DNA of 64,000 nt from a bacterium (lineage in GTDB: Bacteria > Patescibacteriota > Patescibacteriia > SG8-24), in assembly GCA_021824285.1 (NCBI GenBank), contig JAKAKZ010000003.1, positions 571 through 64,570 of the forward strand. Direction: 5' to 3'. Positions 36,587-46,775 of this stretch are shown here, piece by piece. Every line of letters starts with the position of its first letter. The stretch's first letter is position 1. A program made the translations under genes and the position numbers. Below the pieces are notes generated by a model. The model was given only the letters and a program-made list of their open reading frames with translations, was not told the DNA's origin and did no database searches.

Positions 36587-37789
36587 ATGCGCCCACGACT
36601 CCTTTCTCATCTCGCGCTGGCATCATTGCTGGCCGTCTCTCTAATTCCTTCCATGCCCGCCGCTGCCACCGGGCAGACTTACGTTGCGGATACCGAAATC
36701 CAGGTCGGCAGCTCGACGCTCAAGATCATGGCCGGCTCCGAGGCGGACAGTCTGTCAGTCGCCGGCAACAGCCTGACCGTGACCGTGGCGCCGGATGAGG
36801 TCTTTGACCTGCGCTATCCGGGCGGCAATCCGCTGGGTCTCGAGAACGATTCCGGCTTGGCCGCCTGCAACGTCCTGCCGAACCGCGATAACCAGCTGCT
36901 GATCACCGGGCCGCACACCGTGACTGTCTCGGTCAGCACCTTCGCCTGCAGCACGGCCAATTACAGCACCAACAGCACGCCCCTTCTCACCGTCTCCCAG
37001 CCGGCTGGCGGAGCGTCGTTCAAGCCCGGCGATAGCGCGCAGATCTTCTGGCAGCTGACCGGCCATTCCGTGGCCAGCATCCGGATCCGCCTGTCCGTCG
37101 ACGGGGGATTGAGCTATCCGACCACCTTGGTCGACAACCTGCTGAACAGCGGCTTCTATTCCTGGACCGTGCCGGAGATGACCACGACGACGCACGCCCG
37201 GCTGAAGATCGAGGGGCGCACCCAGGGGGCAACGTCCGCCTGGGCCTTGAGCCAGGAATTCTCCATCCAGGGCGCAGCGCCCGCCGCGCCGGCTGAAACG
37301 GCGGCGCCGGCACCTGGCGGTTATTCGCCAGAGGCGGTCACGGCCGAGGCCGATTCCATCGGGCATGATCGGGGCTTTGTCAGTACGCCGGAAGCCGCAT
37401 CCTCCGAGTGCCCGGCCGGATTGCGTATCAAGGGTCGCGGTCTGCCAGCGGTCTATTACTGCGGCCCGGACGGCAAGCGGCATCCTTTCCCGAACCAGAA
37501 GATCCATGATTCGTGGTATGCCGGCGATTTCGCCGGAGTCTACGAGGTCGCCGACTCGACCCTGGCGCGGATTGCGCTCGGCCAGAACGTGACCTACCGG
37601 CCTGGAGTGCGCATGGTCAAGGTGACTACGGACCCCAAGGTCTATGCCGTGGACGCCGACGGCACGCTGCGGTGGATCAAGACCGAAGCGGCGGCGGCGC
37701 GGCTTTACGGCGCGGACTGGAACAAGAAGATCGATGACCTGCCGGACGCCTTCTTCTTCGATTACCATACAGGCGATCCCATCGAATGA
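36587..37789 (+). CDS. Secreted Ig-domain protein with the S-layer-type module at its C-terminus
   Basis: Signal peptide; IFW...IRLSVDGG..Y...SGFYSWTVP Ig domain; C-terminal VYY..DGKRHPFPN...YGADWNKKIDDLPD. Confidence 0.85.
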   Translation: MRPRLLSHLALASLLAVSLIPSMPAAATGQTYVADTEIQVGSSTLKIMAGSEADSLSVAGNSLTVTVAPDEVFDLRYPGGNPLGLENDSGLAACNVLPNRDNQLLITGPHTVTVSVSTFACSTANYSTNSTPLLTVSQPAGGASFKPGDSAQIFWQLTGHSVASIRIRLSVDGGLSYPTTLVDNLLNSGFYSWTVPEMTTTTHARLKIEGRTQGATSAWALSQEFSIQGAAPAAPAETAAPAPGGYSPEAVTAEADSIGHDRGFVSTPEAASSECPAGLRIKGRGLPAVYYCGPDGKRHPFPNQKIHDSWYAGDFAGVYEVADSTLARIALGQNVTYRPGVRMVKVTTDPKVYAVDADGTLRWIKTEAAAARLYGADWNKKIDDLPDAFFFDYHTGDPIE

Positions 37790-37906
37790 ACGCGACGGCG
37801 GACCGCCGGCCCCAGCGGCCGGCGGTTTTGGCTCACGGCCCGGCGGTTGCCAAGCCCCGACTTTTCGGCTAGGGTCAGTGATGTATTACAGCTAATTTTC
37901 AACCGT

Positions 37907-39106
37907 ATGCGCCGCAATATCCAGCATTTCCCGCTCGCCGTCCTGATGTCCCTGGCTCTCGCCCTGCCGCTCCTGCCGGCGCGACCGGCCGCCGCGACCG
38001 TTCTGGGTGTCTTTCCGGGCGACCTCATCAAGCTGCAGGACGACCATAATTCCCAGACGCATGAGGACGAGGCCGTCTATTATTTCGACAAGGATTGGTT
38101 CCGCCATCCCTTCCCGAACCAGCGCGTGTTCATGAGCTGGTACCGGGACTTTTCCGGCGTGAAGTCGCTGTCCACGACGGACATGGCCGATATCCGCATG
38201 GGGGCGCCCGTGACCTACCGGCCCGGCACGCGGCTCGTGAAAATCCCTTCAATCCCGAAAGTCTACGCAGTGGAACCGGGCGGCATTCTGCGCTGGATCA
38301 CGGACGAGTCGGTCGCCAAGGACCTCTATGGCGCCAACTGGTCCAAGCGGGTGGACGACGTGAGCGAGGCCTTCTTCGTCAACTACAAGGAAGGCGAACC
38401 GCTGCGCACGGCAATGTGGCCGACCGGCACGCTGGTCCGCAATCCGGCGGACAAGACGCTTTATGTCATCGACGGCTACTCGCGCCGCCATGTCACCGCG
38501 ACGGAAGCCGCGTCGCTGCGGCTTAACGAGTCCGACGCGCTGGACGGCGGCACGGCTATTGAGGAGCTGCCCATGGGACCGTCGGCCACAGCCGGCGGCG
38601 ACCGCCTGTCCGATACCGCCGAGCTTTCCCGGATCGAGACCTTGCCGGCCCTGCAGATAGATTTCCCGGCGCCGGTCACGGCCGCGGCACGCGGCGCGGA
38701 GCAGGTGCTCCTGTCCATGCGGCTCACTGCCGGCGCGCCGGTAACCTTACGGCGTCTCACGGCCAAGCTCTCCGGACCGGTCCGGCTGAACGGCCAGCCG
38801 CTGCTCACTGATCTGCGGTTTGAGGATTCGGCGGGCGAGAACATCTTCGGCACGGTCCAGCTGCCGGCCGACAGCGGAGACGAACTCGCGACGCTCGTCT
38901 GGAACGGTGCCTTCACTCTGCAGGCCGGCACGGAAGACATGGTGAAACTGCTGGCATCGGTCTCGGCGGACATGCCGGCCGGAGCGCAACTGACCATCGA
39001 GCTGCCGCGGTCCGGATCCTACGTCTCCGATGGCTTCGACGCTGAGGAACGCGCGCAATTCGCGCCGCCCGGCGAACTCCCGGACGCCAAAGTGACCTTC
39101 CGCTAA
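37907..39106 (+). CDS. Secreted protein with N-terminal S-layer-type module
   Basis: Signal peptide; AVYYFDKDWFRHPFPN...YGANWSKRVDDV. Confidence 0.85.
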   Translation: MRRNIQHFPLAVLMSLALALPLLPARPAAATVLGVFPGDLIKLQDDHNSQTHEDEAVYYFDKDWFRHPFPNQRVFMSWYRDFSGVKSLSTTDMADIRMGAPVTYRPGTRLVKIPSIPKVYAVEPGGILRWITDESVAKDLYGANWSKRVDDVSEAFFVNYKEGEPLRTAMWPTGTLVRNPADKTLYVIDGYSRRHVTATEAASLRLNESDALDGGTAIEELPMGPSATAGGDRLSDTAELSRIETLPALQIDFPAPVTAAARGAEQVLLSMRLTAGAPVTLRRLTAKLSGPVRLNGQPLLTDLRFEDSAGENIFGTVQLPADSGDELATLVWNGAFTLQAGTEDMVKLLASVSADMPAGAQLTIELPRSGSYVSDGFDAEERAQFAPPGELPDAKVTFR

Positions 39107-39182
39107 GAGAAGGAACGCGCCTCCCCAGGCGCGTTTTTTCGCCGCCGAACTCCTGGGCCGAACGGTGGTATAATGGCCGCAT

Positions 39183-41498
39183 ATGGTTACGGCATCCCGT
39201 ATGGGCAAGATTCTGGCTGCCGCCGCCTGCCTGGCGGCGGTATTGGCGGTCCGTCCGCCGGCGGAAGCCGCTGCTTCGTACCAGGCCGGCGACCTGGTCA
39301 AGGCACCGGACAGCCGAGCCGTGTATTACGTCGGCTCCGACGGCCGGCGCTATGTCTTTCCGAACCAGCTGACCTACCTGACCTGGTACGGAGATTTCGC
39401 GTCGGTCAGGACCATCGCGGACGCGGAATTGGCCGCTCTTTCGATCGGCGGCAACGTCACTTACCGCCCCGGAACCAGGCTCGTGAAGATCGTCTCCGAT
39501 CCGCGGGTCTATGCCGTCGAACCGGGCGGCGTCCTGCGGCCAATTCCGGACGAGAGCGCGGCCGTCGCGCTCTACGGCGCGGACTGGTCGAAGCGGGTGG
39601 ACGATGTCCCTGATGCATTTTTTTTCAGCTACCGGATCGGCGCGCCGCTCGCGGCCGCGGCCTACCCGGAAGGCTCTTGGGTGCGGCGGGTCTCCGACGG
39701 CCGGATCTTCCTGATCCAAGACGGCCAGAAACGTGAGGTCTCCGGCTCATTGCTCACCGCGCTTCGCGTCACCGCGGCGCAGATCATGCCGGAGACGGCC
39801 GACCTGAACGGCTATGCCCTCGGCGCGCCGCTTGAGCAGACCGAGAGCCTGAACGACACCGCCCAGCTGGGCATCGAGCGGACTACCGCCGCTCCCGTGG
39901 CGTCGCTCTACCTGCAGCCGGCGACCGACCCCGGCATGCCAATCTACGTACGTGGAACCAAGGACGCGGCCATCGCTGGCCTGCTCCTCATGGACGGTTC
40001 CGCGGATCCGGTCACGGTCTCGGCCATCACCTTCCAGGGTTACGTGGACAGCGAAGGCACTGCGGGCTTCCTGCCGGCGGTGGATTCCGATGGGGGATCG
40101 GCCAAGCACGTGAATGCGATCCTGCCGGCCGCGTCTCTCTACGACGACACCGGCCGACTGCTGGCCGGTCCGGTGCCGATCGGACTTGACGGCCGGGCGT
40201 TCTTCAGCGGTTTCCGCCTGGCGGTTCCGGCCGGCGGCAGCCGTACGGTCGTGATCAGAGGGGACATCCCGGCGTACCTGGATACCGGTCTCGAGCCGGA
40301 TTATCTAGCGTTCGACGTGGAGGACGCGGTCCGCGACGTCACGGTCACGGATGCGGCCGGCGGCAGCGTCAAAGCGACCGGCAACCGGCCGAATCGCGGG
40401 ACCGAGGCCTTCAACTACGCGAAGATTCTGCGCAGCGGAACGGTCAATTTCACCTGGCGCGGCACGACGACCGTGATGATCGGTGGGCGCGACGCCAAAC
40501 TCGGCACTCTGACGGTGGATACGAAATACGATACCTACGCCTTGCGCACGATTGCCTTCCGGCGGACCAGCCAGACTTCTTATGGCGACGCGCGGCTGGA
40601 ATATCCCGGTGCGGACGGCAAGACCGTTTCGAAGACGGTCCAATGGCGCGGCGGCGCGGCCGTGTTCACCGATTTGGGAGCGTACTTGCCGCGGGACTCG
40701 TCCGTGGGCCTCGCGCTCTACGCGCAGGTCCTGTCCCGCGATACCGGGGGAGTCTACGGCGATGCGCTTGGCGCGCAGCTCGACACCGCCGGACCGCTGC
40801 AGTTCGTATCCCAGGCCGAGGGCGCGACCTATTCGGAGAAGGATTTGGGCAACGGTTCGTTTGGTCTCGTGGCCAATACGGCCGGTCGGGTAACGGTTCG
40901 CTATTCCGGCTTGAGCGTCACGCCGTTGCCGACCGCCGTCGCATTCCGCGACAGCAATACGCCGCTGCTGGCCTTCTCCGCCAAAGCGGAACCCGAGGGT
41001 CCCATCCGGATCAGGAAGATGACGTTTCGCATCAGCCCGGATGACGCGGGACGTTCCGGGGCCGCGAATGATGCGCTCGAACTCTGGGCGGGACGTCCGG
41101 CGACTTCGATTGCAGCCGTGCGCCGCGTCTATTCGACCACGACCGAACTCCTCGGTACTCCCGGCAACGGCCGGCTGCGTTTCCGGGAGTGGCGCGGCAA
41201 CGGCACGGAGATCGACCAGGCGCAGCCGTTCCAGTCGAACATCGGCGACTACGCCACGCTGGAGCTGGACTTCGGCGAGAACGGCGAGTATCTGATACCG
41301 GCTGGCCTGACGGCCGATTTCCGGTTCGAATTGGACACGACCGTTTTCCCGACTGATCGCGATCACCGCTGCGCCGTCGAGCTGCGCGGCGACGCGGATT
41401 TCCTTTGGACCGACATCCCGTATGGCGCCTACACCGCGCTCGGCGGCACGGACGCGGGCGGTGTGCCCTTCTCGGCCACGGTTACGGTGAATAAATAA
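39183..41498 (+). CDS. Secreted S-layer-protein paralog
   Basis: Signal peptide; AVYYVGSDGRRYVFPN module; downstream beta-sandwich units resemble the C-terminal half of the 32022 protein. Confidence 0.85.
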   Translation: MVTASRMGKILAAAACLAAVLAVRPPAEAAASYQAGDLVKAPDSRAVYYVGSDGRRYVFPNQLTYLTWYGDFASVRTIADAELAALSIGGNVTYRPGTRLVKIVSDPRVYAVEPGGVLRPIPDESAAVALYGADWSKRVDDVPDAFFFSYRIGAPLAAAAYPEGSWVRRVSDGRIFLIQDGQKREVSGSLLTALRVTAAQIMPETADLNGYALGAPLEQTESLNDTAQLGIERTTAAPVASLYLQPATDPGMPIYVRGTKDAAIAGLLLMDGSADPVTVSAITFQGYVDSEGTAGFLPAVDSDGGSAKHVNAILPAASLYDDTGRLLAGPVPIGLDGRAFFSGFRLAVPAGGSRTVVIRGDIPAYLDTGLEPDYLAFDVEDAVRDVTVTDAAGGSVKATGNRPNRGTEAFNYAKILRSGTVNFTWRGTTTVMIGGRDAKLGTLTVDTKYDTYALRTIAFRRTSQTSYGDARLEYPGADGKTVSKTVQWRGGAAVFTDLGAYLPRDSSVGLALYAQVLSRDTGGVYGDALGAQLDTAGPLQFVSQAEGATYSEKDLGNGSFGLVANTAGRVTVRYSGLSVTPLPTAVAFRDSNTPLLAFSAKAEPEGPIRIRKMTFRISPDDAGRSGAANDALELWAGRPATSIAAVRRVYSTTTELLGTPGNGRLRFREWRGNGTEIDQAQPFQSNIGDYATLELDFGENGEYLIPAGLTADFRFELDTTVFPTDRDHRCAVELRGDADFLWTDIPYGAYTALGGTDAGGVPFSATVTVNK

Positions 41499-41624
41499 TC
41501 AGTTTACAGAAGTAAGCGCCATCGGCCGCAGGCCGCCCGGATTTGCCGGGCGGTTTTTTCGGACGGCCGACCACCCTCCCGGATGTGGTATAATTAATAC
41601 AGGTAAAATCAACACCAAACGATC

Positions 41625-41852
41625 ATGTTCCCTCCATTCGGCAAATCAGATGACCCGCCGGACTCCGGCATAGAAGGACCCTTCGGTCCGCCTGGCGGCG
41701 GTCCGCCCCCTTCGGACGGCCGCTTCGCCGATTTCGCGGGCGAAGACATGGACGGTTTCCTTGAACCCGTGGATTTCAGCCGGCGACAGCGCCGGATCGA
41801 CGACTGCCTGCAGGTCGGTCTGCACTTCTTCGGGGCCCTGCGTCGGTCATGA
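41625..41852 (+). CDS. Possible small Pro/Gly-rich protein (75 aa)
   Basis: Only plausible ORF after a TGGTATAAT -10 box and before a terminator-like hairpin; no recognisable motif. Confidence 0.4.
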   Translation: MFPPFGKSDDPPDSGIEGPFGPPGGGPPPSDGRFADFAGEDMDGFLEPVDFSRRQRRIDDCLQVGLHFFGALRRS

Positions 41853-41946
41853 ACAAAATAACTGTACAACCCCGCCTAGCGCGGGTTTTTCCGTTTCCGT
41901 GCCTTGCGTTGTCGCTACGGCCACGCTCTGTTACAATTCGCGCATT

Positions 41947-44037
41947 ATGCGGTTGTCTGTATCGCCTGTCCATGAGCGCCGTTGCGGCGGAATCGACCGT
42001 ACAGCTAAGCGGTTAAGGACCGTCGGCGCCATGCTGCTGCTCATGGCCATTTTGCCGTCCGCGGCATGGGCGCAGGAGCGTCAGCCGAACGATCCGCTTT
42101 ACGGCGAGCAATGGTATCTGCACAAGATCGCCGCGGCGCAGGCTTGGGGCAGCACACTCGGTTTCGAAGGCGTGACGGTGGCGGTCATCGATTCCGGCGT
42201 CGACATCGACCATCCGGACCTTAAGGAGAATATCTGGACGAACCGCAACGAGATTCCCGGCAACGGCATCGATGATGACCTGAACGGCTACGTGGATGAC
42301 GTCCACGGCTGGGATTTCGTGGATAACGACAACGATCCGCGGCCGTCGCTCGTGAAGCCCTACAGCGTCATCGGCGCGAGTCACGGCACCGTTACGGCGA
42401 GCCTCATCGCGGCGCGCGGCGACAACGGCCGGGGACTCACGGGCGTGACTTGGCAGACTACGGTCATGCCGCTGCGGGTGCTGGATTCGAGCGGCGAGGG
42501 CAACTCGATGAGCGTGGTCCGCGCCGTCGAGTATGCGGTGAAGAACGGCGCCAAAGTGATTAACCTGGGCTTCGTCGGCGACGTCGGCGGCGATCTGCTG
42601 CGGATTGCCCTGCGCCGCGCCTATGACGCCGGCGTGACGGTCGTGGCCGCGGCCGGCAATGCCCCGGAGGGCGGGGTGGCCACCGACCTGGATGCGACAC
42701 CGCTTTATCCGGTCTGCTTCGACGCCAACGCAACCGACGATTTCGTGATCGGCGTCGCCGCCACGGACGAGTTCGACACCCTGACCGATTTCTCCAACTA
42801 CGGCGCCAAATGCGTGGACGTCTCCGCGCCCGGCAGCCGCATCTTGGCCGCCAAGCCCTACCGGCCGGAGAATCCGGACTTCAACAAGCTGTACGGCGGC
42901 TACTACAGCGGCACATCGGTGGCAACGCCCCTGGTTTCCGGCGCGGCCGCGTTGCTCCTCTCCATGAATCCGCGCCTGACCCCCGCGCAGATCCTGGCGC
43001 TCTTGGGTTCGACGGCGGCCAAGGTCACGGCCCCACGGACCGGCGCGGCCGGACGGGGACGCCTGGATGTCGGGGCGGCCGTGAGAGCACTCGAGGAACA
43101 GTTGGCCTCCAGGGCCCCGATGCAGTCCGCCGCTCCGGCAGCTGTACCCGGAGGCAAGATGATCGCGGTGGCGGCCGGTCCAGGCCGCGCGCCGGACATT
43201 CGGCTGTTTACCGCTGAAGGCCTGTTCATCCGCGAGTTCGCCGCTTTCCCGAAAGAGTTCCGGGGTGGCATTTCCCTGTCGGCCGGTGACTTGGACGGCA
43301 GCGGTTCTTATCAGTTGGCTGCCGGCGCCGGACCGGGCGGCCTGCCGCAAGTGCGGATTTTCGACCGAAACGGCAGCGAGTCCGGCACCTTTTTGGCCTT
43401 CGATTCCGGTTTCCGCGGCGGCGTCTCCGTGGCGGTGGGCGACGTCCAGGGCAAGGGACGTGCGGCAATCGTGGCCGCGGCCGGGCCGGGCGGCGGACCG
43501 CACGTGCGTATTTTCGACGCGCGCGGCGTGCCAATCGGCGGAGGATTCTTCGCCTTCGACAAGGGGTTCCGCGGCGGCCTGTCAGTGGGTGTGGGCGATC
43601 TGAACGGCGACGGCAAGGCGGAGATAGCCGCCGTCTCCGGAGCCGGTATGCCGGTCACGGTCCGGACTTTCGACCTGCGCGGCAATCTGCTCGGTTCGTT
43701 CCAGCCTTTCGGCAGCCGTGAACGGCGCGGCGCCAGGATTTCGGTTCAGGATATAGACGGCGACGGGACCGCCGAACTGCTCGTGACGCTCGGCGTCAAG
43801 AACGCCAAGCCGGTCGCATTCACGTCCGCCGGCCGCCGCCTCGGGGAATTCGACGGCGCCAAAGCGCTGTTTGCGGACAGCCGAAAATGGTCCTCCGGCA
43901 CGCCTGACGCCCTGACTTGGACCGCGGCCGGCAGCCCGCCAGCCGTGACCGTCTTTTCCTCGTCCGCGGCGCCGCTTCAGTTCCAGGCTTTCGAGAAGAA
44001 GTTCGCCGGCGGCGTGACGGCCGCGGTGCTGAAATGA
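41947..44037 (+). CDS. S8 subtilisin-like serine protease with C-terminal FG-GAP-like repeats
   Basis: VAVIDSGVD, HGT, AAAGN, SGTSVATPLVSG triad motifs; repeated GGVSVAVGD...GGGPHVRIF units. Confidence 0.92.
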   Translation: MRLSVSPVHERRCGGIDRTAKRLRTVGAMLLLMAILPSAAWAQERQPNDPLYGEQWYLHKIAAAQAWGSTLGFEGVTVAVIDSGVDIDHPDLKENIWTNRNEIPGNGIDDDLNGYVDDVHGWDFVDNDNDPRPSLVKPYSVIGASHGTVTASLIAARGDNGRGLTGVTWQTTVMPLRVLDSSGEGNSMSVVRAVEYAVKNGAKVINLGFVGDVGGDLLRIALRRAYDAGVTVVAAAGNAPEGGVATDLDATPLYPVCFDANATDDFVIGVAATDEFDTLTDFSNYGAKCVDVSAPGSRILAAKPYRPENPDFNKLYGGYYSGTSVATPLVSGAAALLLSMNPRLTPAQILALLGSTAAKVTAPRTGAAGRGRLDVGAAVRALEEQLASRAPMQSAAPAAVPGGKMIAVAAGPGRAPDIRLFTAEGLFIREFAAFPKEFRGGISLSAGDLDGSGSYQLAAGAGPGGLPQVRIFDRNGSESGTFLAFDSGFRGGVSVAVGDVQGKGRAAIVAAAGPGGGPHVRIFDARGVPIGGGFFAFDKGFRGGLSVGVGDLNGDGKAEIAAVSGAGMPVTVRTFDLRGNLLGSFQPFGSRERRGARISVQDIDGDGTAELLVTLGVKNAKPVAFTSAGRRLGEFDGAKALFADSRKWSSGTPDALTWTAAGSPPAVTVFSSSAAPLQFQAFEKKFAGGVTAAVLK

Positions 44038-44044
44038 ATTCCAT

Positions 44045-44500
44045 ATGGGAGCCTGGTTTGGGCGACGGCGGAGCGACGGCACGCGGCTGTTCGGCCGCAG
44101 CGGTCGTCAGTTTCTGAAATTTTCCATAGTCGGAGCGGGCAATACGGTGCTGGATTTCGGCATCTACGTCGGCCTGACGCGCCTGACCGGCTTCTGGCGC
44201 GGGCATTACGTCTTGGCGGCCTGCGTCTCCTTCGCCTGCGCGGTGCTGTCGAGCTACCTCGTCAATACCTATTGGACGTTCCGTCAGCAGGGGACGGACC
44301 TGCGCCGCGCCGCCAAATTCTTCGCGGTCGCCACGGCCGGCCTCGGCTGGAACGCACTGATTATCTGGGGGGCCGTCCGGCTCGGGGCGTATGACCTCGC
44401 GGCCAAGGTCCTGGCGACGGGCGCGGTCCTGATCTGGAATTTTCTCCTGCAGAAACATTGGACGTTCCGGCCCGCCGCGCAGCCGGCGGAAATGGTATAA
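44045..44500 (+). CDS. GtrA-family membrane protein
   Basis: QFLKFSIVGAGNTVLDFG, NTYWTF, WNFLLQKHWTF. Confidence 0.9.
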   Translation: MGAWFGRRRSDGTRLFGRSGRQFLKFSIVGAGNTVLDFGIYVGLTRLTGFWRGHYVLAACVSFACAVLSSYLVNTYWTFRQQGTDLRRAAKFFAVATAGLGWNALIIWGAVRLGAYDLAAKVLATGAVLIWNFLLQKHWTFRPAAQPAEMV

Positions 44501-44530
44501 TATATAGGTAGACGAGAGCTTCTTATCCCT

Positions 44531-45565
44531 ATGGCCGCAGATCCCATTTTCGAGAAGAAAAACGTGCTGGTGACCGGCGGGGCCGGCTTCATCGGCTCAT
44601 TCCTGTGCGAGCGGCTGCTCAAGGACGCCCGCGTCATTTGCGTGGACAATTTCTCGACCTCCGCCCCGGCCAACATCGAGCTGCTGCTCAAGAACCCGGA
44701 TTTCGAGCTGCTGAAGATGGACATCGCCCAGCCGTTGGACCTCGAGAATTACGCCGAGCTGGAACGCTTCAAGATCAAGTTCCAGGGCATTCAGGAGATC
44801 TATCATCTCGCCTGTCCGACCTCGGCCAAGGATTTCGACAAGTTCCGCTATGCGACGCTCCTGGCCAATTCCGTCGGCCTGCGTAACGTGCTCGACCTGA
44901 CGGTCAAGTACAAGGCGCGGTTCTTCCATGCCTCCACATCGGTCATCTACGGACCGCGTCCGACCGACGGCCACCTGTTCAAGGAGGCGGAGTTCGGCGT
45001 CATGGACCACCTCTCGCCGCGCGCCTGCTACGACGAGGGCAAGCGCTGGGCCGAGACCATGGTCCAGACGTTCAAGAACATCTTCGGCATCGATGCCCGC
45101 ATCGCCCGCATTTTCCGAACTTTCGGGCCGCGCATGCCGCTCAATGACGGTCAGATGATTCCGGATTTCATCCTGGACGCGCTCGACGGCAAGGACCTGA
45201 CGATTTTCGGCGGTCAGGAATTCCGCACCTCGCTGGTCTATGTCACGGACGTGGTGGACGGCATCCTGCGGCTCATGGCGCTCGGCCGTGATCCCGGACC
45301 GGTGAATATCGGCAGCGACTATGATGTCCGACTTTCCGACGTGGCCAAACGCATCATTGAACTGACGGGATCGAAATCGCAGATCAAGTACGAGCAGCCC
45401 CTCCTGTTCATGAGTCAGCTCGGGTTGCCGGACCTGACCAAGGCCAAGGATGAGCTGGGCTGGTTCCCGCTGGTCTCGCTGGAGCAGGGACTCAAGAAGT
45501 CAATCGAGTACACGGTGGCGCATCGCGGTCTGCTGCAGCCGAGCTTTCGGCCGAACGGGTCCTGA
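44531..45565 (+). CDS. UDP-glucuronate decarboxylase-like NAD-dependent epimerase/dehydratase, copy 1
   Basis: VTGGAGFIGS, IYHLACP, RACYDEGKR, RIFRTFGPRM. Confidence 0.9.
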   Translation: MAADPIFEKKNVLVTGGAGFIGSFLCERLLKDARVICVDNFSTSAPANIELLLKNPDFELLKMDIAQPLDLENYAELERFKIKFQGIQEIYHLACPTSAKDFDKFRYATLLANSVGLRNVLDLTVKYKARFFHASTSVIYGPRPTDGHLFKEAEFGVMDHLSPRACYDEGKRWAETMVQTFKNIFGIDARIARIFRTFGPRMPLNDGQMIPDFILDALDGKDLTIFGGQEFRTSLVYVTDVVDGILRLMALGRDPGPVNIGSDYDVRLSDVAKRIIELTGSKSQIKYEQPLLFMSQLGLPDLTKAKDELGWFPLVSLEQGLKKSIEYTVAHRGLLQPSFRPNGS

Positions 45566-45749
45566 CGGCCATTGGCCAGTTCATTTTATACTGACGTTAA
45601 GGAGAAAACCGCGCCGTCAGGCGCGGTTTTAGCGTCCGCAGTCCGGTCCGCGAGCGCGTTCTTCGCTTAAGCTTGAAGTTAAGCGCTGTCCAGCCTATAA
45701 TAAGCGAAGGTTTACCGACGCGAATCAACGCGTATTTTCCGCATGTCTT

Positions 45750-46775
45750 ATGGCTGACCGGCCGCAAATCGGCAAGAAAAACATCATCGTCACCGGCGGG
45801 GCCGGATTCATCGGCTCCTTCCTCTGTGAGAAGCTGCTCAAGGAGGCGCGCGTCATCTGCATCGACGACTTCAGCACCTCGTCCGTGGCCAATATCGAGC
45901 ATCTGCTCAAGAACCCTGATTTCGAGCTGCTGCGGCACGATCTCGCCGAACCGCTGGACCTGCTGGCCCAGCCCGAGCTGGAGCGGTTCAAGATCGCCGC
46001 CTTGGGCGTCCAGGAAATCTACCATCTGGCCTGCCCGATGGTGGTGAAAAGCTTCATGGAAGAGCGCGAGCGCATCCTCGACGCCAATTCGGTGGTGATG
46101 CGCAACGTGCTCAAGCTGGCCGCCAAGTACCGCGCCAAATTCCTGCTGTCCTCCTCGTCCGTGGTCTATGGCGCGCGCCCTTCCGACCGCCACCAGTGCC
46201 GGGAAGAGGACGCGCACGCGGTCAGCCATCTGACTTCGCGCGCCTGCTATGACGAGGGCCGGCGCTGGTCCGAGACCATGGCCTTCACCTATAAGGAACT
46301 GCACGGCCTCGACATCCGCATCGCCCGCGTCTTCCGCACCTTCGGGCCGCGCATGCCGCTCGATGACGGGCACATGATTCCGGATTTCGTCAGAGCCGCG
46401 CTCGACGGCCGCGACGTGGTGGTGCATGGGGACGCAAAATTCCGTTCCTCCTTCTGTTACGTCACCGACGTGGTGGACGGGCTCGTCCGGCTGATGGGCC
46501 TGAACGCGGACCCCGGGCCGGTCAACCTCGGCAGCGACGAGGATTTCACGGTCAGCGACGTGGCCAAGCACATCGTCCGCCTGCTGGGCTCGGAATCGAA
46601 GATCGTCAGCGGTCCGCCGCTCGTCTTCCTGAGCGAGCTGGGCATTCCGGACCTGACCAGGGCGAAAGAGGCCCTGGGCTGGTTTCCGATCGTGCCGTTT
46701 TTGCAGGGGCTCAAGAAGACCATCGAATACTCATTGAGCGCGCGCGGGGAGGTGCGGCCGCTCAACGATGTCTGA
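45750..46775 (+). CDS. UDP-glucuronate decarboxylase-like enzyme, copy 2
   Basis: Collinear paralog of copy 1; RACYDEGRR. Confidence 0.9.
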   Translation: MADRPQIGKKNIIVTGGAGFIGSFLCEKLLKEARVICIDDFSTSSVANIEHLLKNPDFELLRHDLAEPLDLLAQPELERFKIAALGVQEIYHLACPMVVKSFMEERERILDANSVVMRNVLKLAAKYRAKFLLSSSSVVYGARPSDRHQCREEDAHAVSHLTSRACYDEGRRWSETMAFTYKELHGLDIRIARVFRTFGPRMPLDDGHMIPDFVRAALDGRDVVVHGDAKFRSSFCYVTDVVDGLVRLMGLNADPGPVNLGSDEDFTVSDVAKHIVRLLGSESKIVSGPPLVFLSELGIPDLTRAKEALGWFPIVPFLQGLKKTIEYSLSARGEVRPLNDV

